Of a DNA stretch of 32,000 nt, positions 26,001 through 32,000 are shown one piece after another. Origin of the DNA: Pseudothioglobus sp. nBUS_23 (lineage in GTDB: Bacteria > Pseudomonadota > Gammaproteobacteria > PS1 > Pseudothioglobaceae); NCBI RefSeq assembly GCF_051201565.1, contig NZ_CP179200.1:600001-632000 (forward strand), written 5' to 3'. Both the position numbers and the translations under genes were made by a program. Each line of letters starts with the position of its first letter. The stretch's first letter is position 1. A model generated the notes under the pieces. That model was given only the letters and a program-made list of their open reading frames with translations. It searched no databases and was not told the DNA's origin.

Positions 26001-27757
26001 TTATGAAAACTTTCGCAGCATTGAGGCGCGTAATATAAATATTTATAAAGGAAATATCTCAAAGTTTCATTATTTGGATTGGCGCTTTCTGGGATCGAGA
26101 CTGTTCCTCCTGACATCTTAAAAGCGTCCCCATATAAATTAATATCGTTAGAATTAATTGTTTTTTCTCGTTTTTTAACAATATTCTTTATACAGGCATC
26201 TATATTTGATTTGCCGGAAGTAGTTTCAGTGCAATCATAATAATCGTCCCAGTATTGTTTTGCTTTTTTCTCAGCCTCTATAGCGGCATTTCTCTCCTTA
26301 ATTATTTGCTGAGAATCAACAACAGGCTCAGTAGATGGCTTGGATTTTGAACTAGGCTTGCCATTTTTTATTCTTTCATATGACATTTTTTTAAAATCAA
26401 TACCACCTGGTTGAGGAAATTTCATATTGTCATGAATGGCTTGAGTGGCAATAATTCTTCCTCTTTCAAAGTCGATTAATACAGTTTGACCTCCATATCC
26501 ATCCATACCCATGACAGGCCTATTTTCCATTCCTTTATAGCCAGTATGAAAAAAACCTCCATAACTTTGAGGTAAGCCAACCCTTCCTTCGTAGCCTTGG
26601 GAGCCATTTTTTGGTATCCTTCTTTCATGAATAGTTTTTAAATATTGACCAGCACAAGTATCGTTTTCCCAATCATCGAGCATGGCCTTTGCTATTCTTA
26701 GATAGTCATATCGGGCTGCGTAAAATTGACTCCATATACTTAGATCATCTTTTTTTGCGTCTTCATTTTTAAGAAAGAAGACCTCACCTTCAATTCTTGC
26801 TTTGTTCTTAAAAACATCATCCAAGAGCGCTTGAAAGTTATCAGCACCTAACTTATAAATAAGATACGAGCCGACAACATTTGGATTTAAATTATTATAA
26901 TTGTAGATGGAGTTTGATTTTTTCGAGCCTTTAAACTCCCTTTTCATGATGTCTTCGACAGTAGGGCTTGTGACAGCTCGATTTGAATTCGTAAATCTGT
27001 TAGACCCATTGAAATATGCTTGAGTGCCTGATGCCATATTCAACACATCTATCAATTTTTGATTATGATAAAGCGTGTTTTCAAGTATCGGCCAGTCATT
27101 TAATCTCGAGTCAACACTATCAATATACCCCTCACATATTGCATGACCTGCAACATAACCAATGAGGGTTTTTGCAACTGATTGTGAATGAAATTTACTT
27201 GAATCTCTAAACATACCGCCAAACCTATCTTTAGGCGTTATTTCATCAATTACAATTTCTCCATCTTCATATAGTAAATAGCTCAATAACCCAGTATCTT
27301 GCAATTGTTTTTTTATGTATCTATCTTCTCGAAGATTAGATTGAAATTGATAAGGATTATCAGAAGGTTCAACTAAGTAGGGATATCTTGGTGAACTATC
27401 TTCACAATGCAGTTCTTTACTATTTGGGCCACAAAAAGGGTGAATATTAAAAGAATATAAGTATCTATAAAGATAATATTGTAAGGTTTCAAAATTTGGG
27501 TTAGCATCTTCTGGTATTTCAGATATACCTCCAAATCGGTCGATTTTTTTAGAGCTCTGTTTGTTAGATGACTTTGAAGCTTTGGATGAAGAATTAGTTG
27601 ATGAAGAAGCATCATTACTGCTTCCGGCACAATTGTAGACAAAATAAGTCCCATCCGCAGAAATACTCCTTACTGGATCACTACCATCAGGGCAAGAGCC
27701 TGCATAGCTTTGTAATGAGAAAAAAGATAGAATTAAAAGAAGGAATATTTTTTTCAT
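23057..27757 (-). CDS. Giant exported multidomain protein: signal peptide, CPDG Cys-hairpin motif, Ser-rich linker, 2x class-C beta-lactamase-fold serine hydrolase unit, LamG/DUF1080-like jelly roll, orphan domain, SNase-like OB fold, Sel1-like repeats, Cys-loop tail
   Basis: Uninterrupted ORF of about 4.7 kb. MKKIFLLLILSFFSLQSYA signal peptide. SxxK (SVAK, SMGK) and HTG boxes occur in two repeated units. The W...W.NY...jelly-roll pattern ends in IDDIVV. The SNase-like block is HGDKLIVDI...LKDIDAPD...VIVDG.DLGEELVSKGYA. Sel1-like blocks are AIFWYERS... and QLGSHYLNGNGVKKDPNQGKKWLKKA. The ATG at 27757 is preferred over the TTG at 27766. Confidence 0.85.
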   Translation of the reverse strand: MKKIFLLLILSFFSLQSYAGSCPDGSDPVRSISADGTYFVYNCAGSSNDASSSTNSSSKASKSSNKQSSKKIDRFGGISEIPEDANPNFETLQYYLYRYLYSFNIHPFCGPNSKELHCEDSSPRYPYLVEPSDNPYQFQSNLREDRYIKKQLQDTGLLSYLLYEDGEIVIDEITPKDRFGGMFRDSSKFHSQSVAKTLIGYVAGHAICEGYIDSVDSRLNDWPILENTLYHNQKLIDVLNMASGTQAYFNGSNRFTNSNRAVTSPTVEDIMKREFKGSKKSNSIYNYNNLNPNVVGSYLIYKLGADNFQALLDDVFKNKARIEGEVFFLKNEDAKKDDLSIWSQFYAARYDYLRIAKAMLDDWENDTCAGQYLKTIHERRIPKNGSQGYEGRVGLPQSYGGFFHTGYKGMENRPVMGMDGYGGQTVLIDFERGRIIATQAIHDNMKFPQPGGIDFKKMSYERIKNGKPSSKSKPSTEPVVDSQQIIKERNAAIEAEKKAKQYWDDYYDCTETTSGKSNIDACIKNIVKKREKTINSNDINLYGDAFKMSGGTVSIPESANPNNETLRYFLYKYLYYAPQCCESFHKVEASNPYNFQFDLREDRYIKQQMQTTPLLSYLLYEDDKIVIDEITPKDRFGDMFTDSSVYHSRSMGKSITSYLAGHAICEGKIESVDSRLDDWPILQNTLYHNQKLINLLNMSAGDSAYIKNDNFINPKGLNTFNDSSLQMMMKNEFRGSKKSFAQYSYNDANPNIVLSYLWYKYGEDDFKRLLDDVFAKKIRIGDEIFFNKTGVAKKDEKSLMHTFYTTRYDYLRIAKAMLDDWENDTCVGKYLKTIHERRIPKNGAQGSTGRVGIPGSYGGFFHTGFKGMENRPVMAMDGYGGQTITIDFERGRIVVTQAIHDSMKYPKPGSFDWKKIVYETIRNGKPASTSIVKKPAEPAINPEQIILNNKARQESQKKAKEYWDNYYAKLFWGTSAKGASTDGSASFSEDFENADQRKIRVVDEQNNWFIKQDNDGNAMYCNKATNNWTDFMLGSANWKNYSISYKVKLSSKKLGTLETHIRKGRNNGPQYRAINKIPGRASIEFAHPSNRVNQGIASGERAAIGDQWSDIKLIALGNSIKYLVNGKVVASTNDDRAKEGAVMIAASRNLEVCIDDIVVKTETVTEEKETPVVKEITEDKFSSEKSELFKNIKSTDALDGYYSFTLVQSPMTQLGSGSLEVNNGIVTITQDSKGIVTPSYASFEGRINQNGDIKALFYFHPCSGCEDQLVEFEGNLNKKKLSGKYNDSQIYFYLTAKKGDVIKKVAKTEETKTTVAKKVETSDSDPTVSKVIEVTHGDKLIVDIADPHELAGSNIKVSLKDIDAPDATRSCPKQMELGLKVKDYVAQKLENASSIKLTNLRKTNTKIIAQVIVDGVDLGEELVSKGYASEEYGYWKPYFCSALSATNQADQYVDTDQKKAIFWYERSIVLDPKGSKNQESHFALSQMYSNFGNTDKSLENLKKSASLEWIPAMEQLGSHYLNGNGVKKDPNQGKKWLKKAFDKGSQRAEDIYCGSLPKAKQKTCKF
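24857..26134 (-). repeat. Intragenic tandem repeat, copy 2 (serine hydrolase unit, residues 545-970 of the giant ORF)
   Basis: See copy 1. The copies are separated by a 34-aa spacer (DCTETTSGKSNIDACIKNIVKKREKTINSNDINL). Confidence 0.9.
26237..27541 (-). repeat. Intragenic tandem repeat, copy 1 (serine hydrolase unit, residues 76-510 of the giant ORF)
   Basis: Alignable over its full length with copy 2. Long identical peptide runs and locally near-identical nucleotide stretches, for example 26666-26720 vs 25291-25345 and 27053-27115 vs 25681-25743. Confidence 0.9.
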
Positions 27758-27780
27758 ATTAAGCAATACACACTAAGAAT

Positions 27781-29322
27781 TTAAAACTTACATGTTGCTT
27801 GTTTGTCTGGGGTAAGAGAGCTGCAATAAACTTTTTCTGCCCTATCTTCGCCATGTGCATAAGCCTGTTTGAGCCAATATTTGGCCTCGCTTAAGTCTTT
27901 AGTAAATCCATCCCATCCATTAAGATAGTTTTCACCAAGCTGAAATTCACCTTCACTCCATCCTTGTTTTGCAGATTCGATGAGATGATTATTAGCAGAG
28001 ATAGAATCACCCAAACTTCTATATGCTATGTTGAGTTCAAATTCTGCTTTTCCTCTTTGAGAGCTATCAGGCTCCATTACGATTGCGCGCTCATACCAAA
28101 AAATGGCTTTATCAAAATCCTTGTTCCACATGTGCTGCTCTGCAGATAAATAGGCCGTCAAAGAGCTACAGATATAAGCTTTCCAGTATCCCCATTCATT
28201 TGATGCATAACCCTTAGATATTAATTCTTCCCCTAGGTCTTTACCATCCACAATGACTTGAGTGCGAATACCTTTATTTGTTTTTCTAAAGTTTTTTAGT
28301 TTAATACTTTGTGCATCTGCTAATTTTTGAGCAACAATGTCCTTAACCTTTTGACCAAGCTCCATTTGCTTTGGACAGGATTTAATGGCATCTGGAGCAT
28401 CAATATCCTTCAGAAATATTGTTAAACCGCTGCCAGCAAGTTCATGCGGCTCTGCAATATCAACAATAATCCTGTCGCCTTGAATGACTTCAATAATGTT
28501 AGATACTGTTGGATCCTTATCCGAGGTAGCGATTACTTTAGTAGAGGAAGAGCTTTGGTTGTTATTCGTTTTAGGAGCGCTGGTTTGTTTACAACCTTTT
28601 ATTCGTATAATTCCTCCAGCCCAATTCTCAACATCAATCCAAAGCTCAGCATTTGTTTTTTTCATGTTACTGGGATCAATTGGCTTAGATCTATTGTGCT
28701 TCGTTAGGCTCACATAACTTGGCCTTACTGGGACTTCTCCCTCTTGAACACCATAAAGAAAGTAGGCCATCCTTCCAACAATATGTCCATCATGAGTAAG
28801 CTTAAGATTCACCTCATCCTGCAAATAACTTGGATCAGTTGACAGACCGCCCATATCCCAAGCTGATCCTTTTGCAAAGCTTACCTTGGAGCCACTAATA
28901 ACAATTGCACCTCGCGCTGAAGACCATGACTCAATAGTTCCGCCAACAGAATCTTCGTAGTTGACTCTTCTCATATCAAAATTACAACGCCAATTGTCAG
29001 CGTTACTTGTGAGCTTGTGTTTGCTAAAGTCAAAATCAGTTTTGGAGAGAACTCTTTCAAGTAATTCTTGAAGTATGTCTGCAGCAAAAACAACCTCATA
29101 GGTTACTATTGAAGAATCTCTGGTGAGTGAAGAGCTGCTAGAGGAGGATGAGCTTTGACTTGATGAGTTTGAAGAATTATTACTCCCACCAGCACAATTA
29201 TAAACAAAGTATGTCCCGTCATCAGAAATAGATCTGACTGGATCACTCCCATCTGGACAATCACCAGCAAAGCTAAAAGTTGAAAAAAATAATAGAGTAA
29301 ATGCTAAAAATAATTTTTTCAT
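27781..29322 (-). CDS. Exported protein, paralogous at both ends to the giant ORF (signal peptide, CPDG Cys-hairpin motif, poly-Ser linker, orphan central region, SNase-like fold, Sel1-like repeats, Cys-loop tail)
   Basis: MKKLFLAFTLLFFSTFSFA signal peptide, GDCPDGSDPVRSISDDGTYFVYNCAGG. The C-terminal 248 aa are collinear with the last 245 aa of the giant ORF, down to the final ...TCKF. Confidence 0.85.
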   Translation of the reverse strand: MKKLFLAFTLLFFSTFSFAGDCPDGSDPVRSISDDGTYFVYNCAGGSNNSSNSSSQSSSSSSSSSLTRDSSIVTYEVVFAADILQELLERVLSKTDFDFSKHKLTSNADNWRCNFDMRRVNYEDSVGGTIESWSSARGAIVISGSKVSFAKGSAWDMGGLSTDPSYLQDEVNLKLTHDGHIVGRMAYFLYGVQEGEVPVRPSYVSLTKHNRSKPIDPSNMKKTNAELWIDVENWAGGIIRIKGCKQTSAPKTNNNQSSSSTKVIATSDKDPTVSNIIEVIQGDRIIVDIAEPHELAGSGLTIFLKDIDAPDAIKSCPKQMELGQKVKDIVAQKLADAQSIKLKNFRKTNKGIRTQVIVDGKDLGEELISKGYASNEWGYWKAYICSSLTAYLSAEQHMWNKDFDKAIFWYERAIVMEPDSSQRGKAEFELNIAYRSLGDSISANNHLIESAKQGWSEGEFQLGENYLNGWDGFTKDLSEAKYWLKQAYAHGEDRAEKVYCSSLTPDKQATCKF

Positions 29323-29388
29323 AATAATTTTTTTAATTTTTTTTCATATTTAAAGCGATTTAATATCACTTTAAAGCGTGATCAAATC

Positions 29389-30540
29389 TTATGAAAAAAT
29401 GTAATCATATAGTCGCGGCAATTTAGGGGTAAAGAAAACTTTATCAGCAATCAGATCGTGATCCAGTCCGAGTGCTTTTTCAATGCAAGCTGCACAGACA
29501 GAGCGGTAATCTATAGTAGACATGAGGTCTCTTTGTTCGAATTGTTCACTCTTAGAAAGTCCAGGCCACTGGGAGATAATATTGCTTTTAGTTATGGCGC
29601 CGCCCGCCAAAAGCCCAGCGGATCCATAACCATGATCAGACCCCCTTGTTCCGTTCTCAGAGACCGTCCTTCCAAACTCAGTGAGGGTAAGGATAATACT
29701 TCTATCCCAGGCATCTCCGAGACCATCCTTGTAACCAGCAATAATGTCATCAACAACGGCTAGCTGATTTCCATGTTGCCCATTTTCTTCAGCGCCCTGA
29801 TTAGCATGAGTGTCAAACTGATCAACTTTGATTACAGAAGCCAGTGGACCACCTTCTTGGGACATGACTTTGCCAGCATATTGGGCAAGACTGGCAGGAT
29901 CTCTAGGAACGATTACATTTGACTGAGTACTTTTTTGTTGGACTTTTTTGAAAACTTCTGCGCCATCACCCTCGTGAGTCATTGAAATATTTTGAATTAG
30001 ATTGGTTATTAAGTCACCAGATTTCAAAATGCTTGCTGGATAAAAGTTATCATTTTCATTGCTACCTCTTAAAATTAAAGGCATATCAAGAGACATAGCT
30101 CGTCCAGGTGTTTTTGCAAGATCTAGTGCTCGGCCGAGCCAGCCGGTCTTTTCAGAAAAAGGAGTCAATCCTGCTCCTTGCATTAAATTTTGTCCTTCAA
30201 AATGAGACCTTAACACATATGGAAAATTAGTAGCGTGAATGACGGCTGCATTGTTCTTAGCCATCAAACCAGCAAAATATTTAAAAGAGGGGTGCAGCCC
30301 AAAAAATGAGTTCAGCTTTAGATAGTTCTGCGATACCAGATCTTTTCTCATCTTTAATAAATTTGGGTCTCCAAATGGGGGGACAGCAGTCAGTCCATCC
30401 ATTCCTCCTTCTAGAATAATTACTGAAATAGTTCCAGGAGGTTTGTCCTGAGAATAGCCTGGAATCGGGAGGCCAGCTAAAAATAAAGAAGCACCAGATG
30501 CTTTTAAAAAATCTCTTCTTGTTAAATTGATATTAGGCAT
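29389..30540 (-). CDS. DUF1501 protein (sulfatase/alkaline-phosphatase-superfamily-like) with twin-arginine signal
   Basis: The N-terminal TRRDFLKASGASLFLAG is a canonical Tat motif. Blocks DTHANQ, LTEFGRT and GSDHGYGS are typical of DUF1501. Confidence 0.8.
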   Translation of the reverse strand: MPNINLTRRDFLKASGASLFLAGLPIPGYSQDKPPGTISVIILEGGMDGLTAVPPFGDPNLLKMRKDLVSQNYLKLNSFFGLHPSFKYFAGLMAKNNAAVIHATNFPYVLRSHFEGQNLMQGAGLTPFSEKTGWLGRALDLAKTPGRAMSLDMPLILRGSNENDNFYPASILKSGDLITNLIQNISMTHEGDGAEVFKKVQQKSTQSNVIVPRDPASLAQYAGKVMSQEGGPLASVIKVDQFDTHANQGAEENGQHGNQLAVVDDIIAGYKDGLGDAWDRSIILTLTEFGRTVSENGTRGSDHGYGSAGLLAGGAITKSNIISQWPGLSKSEQFEQRDLMSTIDYRSVCAACIEKALGLDHDLIADKVFFTPKLPRLYDYIFS

Positions 30541-31990
30541 TTTTTAACCCCATAAGTTCAGGACTACACATTAAAGCAATGAATTTTTCATTCTCGTACT
30601 TTCCAACTCGATTAACGAGATCTCGAGTGGCACTATTGGCTCCAATTCGATCCATAATTTCTGATGACGAGAATTGAGGGCGTCCAACTCTATAGATAGC
30701 ATCAGCAAACCTGATTCTTCGCTCAAACATTTCACCTGAGAGCCATTCATTTTTATCACTCGAGTATCCATCGGGCTGCCTTGCAAGCCAAAAACTCTGA
30801 CCCAGCTCTTCATAAGTTTTACGGTGATTCATGAGGTTATTATCATATCCAAAGACCTCATCCCAGCCCATGAAAAAAGTAGCATTGCTCAGCCTAATGG
30901 TTTGAAATAGCCAAGTCATTGGCCATTGGAACTTTGGCTCTTTCGATAGAATTGCTCTTTCAATAACAGCGGTATGAATTTGATCTAAATTACCATTTCC
31001 TTTTCTCCAGGCATTCTCGATATAGCTAACATCTGATTGGCTAGGATTGTCACTCACAAAGTGCTGGGCAAGTTTGATTGAAAGGTGAGAAATGGTATGC
31101 TCATGCATTGCTAGAAAATCTGTCAGCTCTCTTAAACCTCCTTTGCCCTGGTTGATGGTTTTACCCATTACTCTTTTAACTCCTGGCTGGGCCCAGGTTC
31201 TCTTGTATACATCCCAATGATCAGTCGTATTAGCTAACGCTCTCATTTCGTTTAATGGTTTTTCTAGCTCAGTTCCCCATCCCGCTAGAACATTTGCCGC
31301 ATTCCTAATATCAGTCTCAGAATATTTTGCTGATGGGGACACAGAGTGAAGCTCCAAAAGCTCTCTCCCTAAATTATCATTAAGGCCTGCCTGTCTGCCG
31401 TTTCTTCTTTGCTCTCTAGTTTCAGTTGAGTCCTCACCTGAGCTCCAGATATTGTCTAAATAAATCAGCATCGAAGGATGAGAGGTGGCCTTGTAAAGCA
31501 TTTCTGAAAATGAGCTATTTAAGTTAGCTAGTATCGCTTCATCTATTAAGTGACCAATGACGTTTTGATTGTCATGTATGTTGCCCGTTGTGAAATGATT
31601 TGCCCAAAAATTCATAAAGCGAATTTTTATTTGGTCCTGACCATAAACATTTCTATGAGAAAACTTCAAAGAATCTTTTTGTCCCATCAGATTTTTTTCC
31701 TCATTCGCTGTTTTAGCTGCCTGAGTATCTTGGCCATCAATCTTCTCTCTCTCTTTCTTTCGATTCGCTCTGTAAAGAGTCCACATCTCTGCCCTTTTCT
31801 TAAGGTTAGGCTGGAGCTCTCTAGGCCACTCCTTAATATCAGAGTTCATGGATTTAAAGCTTTTGATTCCAAGTGCTGGCGACTTGGCATTGAGTTGGCT
31901 TATTGCCCAGGACTTAATGTCATCAGGTAGTGGTGTTTCACCTCTAAACATAAGGCCAAGCTTCTGTGCAATCCTGAACTGCTCATTCAT
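30533..31990 (-). CDS. DUF1800 protein
   Basis: FWANHFT, LLELHSVS and LMCSPE(L/F) type blocks, size of about 485 aa, and an 8-nt overlap with the downstream DUF1501 gene (the usual DUF1800-DUF1501 pairing). No in-frame stop lies between the ATG at 31990 and the window edge, so the true start could be further upstream. Confidence 0.7.
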   Translation of the reverse strand: MNEQFRIAQKLGLMFRGETPLPDDIKSWAISQLNAKSPALGIKSFKSMNSDIKEWPRELQPNLKKRAEMWTLYRANRKKEREKIDGQDTQAAKTANEEKNLMGQKDSLKFSHRNVYGQDQIKIRFMNFWANHFTTGNIHDNQNVIGHLIDEAILANLNSSFSEMLYKATSHPSMLIYLDNIWSSGEDSTETREQRRNGRQAGLNDNLGRELLELHSVSPSAKYSETDIRNAANVLAGWGTELEKPLNEMRALANTTDHWDVYKRTWAQPGVKRVMGKTINQGKGGLRELTDFLAMHEHTISHLSIKLAQHFVSDNPSQSDVSYIENAWRKGNGNLDQIHTAVIERAILSKEPKFQWPMTWLFQTIRLSNATFFMGWDEVFGYDNNLMNHRKTYEELGQSFWLARQPDGYSSDKNEWLSGEMFERRIRFADAIYRVGRPQFSSSEIMDRIGANSATRDLVNRVGKYENEKFIALMCSPELMGLKNA

Positions 31991-32000
31991 AAAATAATTC

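Noticed and set aside
27680-27757. Possible lipoprotein signal (Cys shortly after the hydrophobic core) in the giant protein, and in its paralog at 29250-29322.
   Set aside because: The residues before the Cys are Y-A-G-S and F-A-G-D, and an Asp at -1 is incompatible with a lipobox. Cleavage by signal peptidase I after SYA / SFA is more likely, and the Cys pairs with the second Cys of the motif.
27758-27766. TTG-initiated MLN extension at the start of the giant ORF.
   Set aside because: The ATG at 27757 gives MKKIFLL..., matching the MKKLFLA... start of the paralog and a normal signal peptide n-region.
29130-29190. Poly-Ser/Asn tract as a possible slipped-strand phase-variation repeat (also 27560-27620 in the giant ORF).
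   Set aside because: The serines are encoded by mixed codons (AGC/TCA/TCC/TCT/AGT), so there is no nucleotide-level simple repeat. It is interpreted as a flexible linker.
1-32000. Scan for CRISPR arrays, IS elements or transposases, integrases, prophage genes, toxin-antitoxin pairs, reverse transcriptases and known defence-system genes.
   Set aside because: No regularly spaced direct repeats were found, no terminal inverted repeats flank an ORF, and none of the translated ORFs shows motifs of these families. The only large repeat is the intragenic duplication at 24857-27541.

Overview
This is an AT-rich, very gene-dense chromosomal segment. Many same-strand genes overlap by 4 nt, and two convergent gene pairs abut or share stop-codon bases. 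Core synteny is gammaproteobacterial: pyrG; hisS-yfgM-der; rpsF-rpsR-rplI-dnaB; cutC-mtgA-tsaB; ccmC-D-E-G; hupB, tRNA-Val, tRNA-Asp ... ppiD-fabI; lspA; recJ. I can support about 31 protein genes, 2 tRNAs, 2 intrinsic terminators and a few promoter or leader candidates. I saw no CRISPR array, transposase, integrase, phage gene or recognisable defence gene. The clearly non-core part is the minus-strand block 23057-31990: DUF1800, then Tat-signal DUF1501, then a 513-aa exported protein, then a 1569-aa exported giant. The last two share an unrecognised N-terminal Cys-hairpin motif and a C-terminal module of about 245 aa (SNase-like fold, Sel1-like repeats, Cys-loop tail), but carry completely different central regions. 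The giant also contains an internal tandem duplication of a full beta-lactamase-fold serine hydrolase unit. This block is my best candidate for an undescribed system, though its function cannot be deduced from sequence alone. A second accessory spot is a three-gene insertion (methyltransferase, AstE/AspA-type deacylase, threonine aldolase) downstream of the tRNAs, inside the otherwise conserved hupB-ppiD-fabI neighbourhood. All homology calls come from reading the translated ORFs against remembered family motifs. No database search was run.
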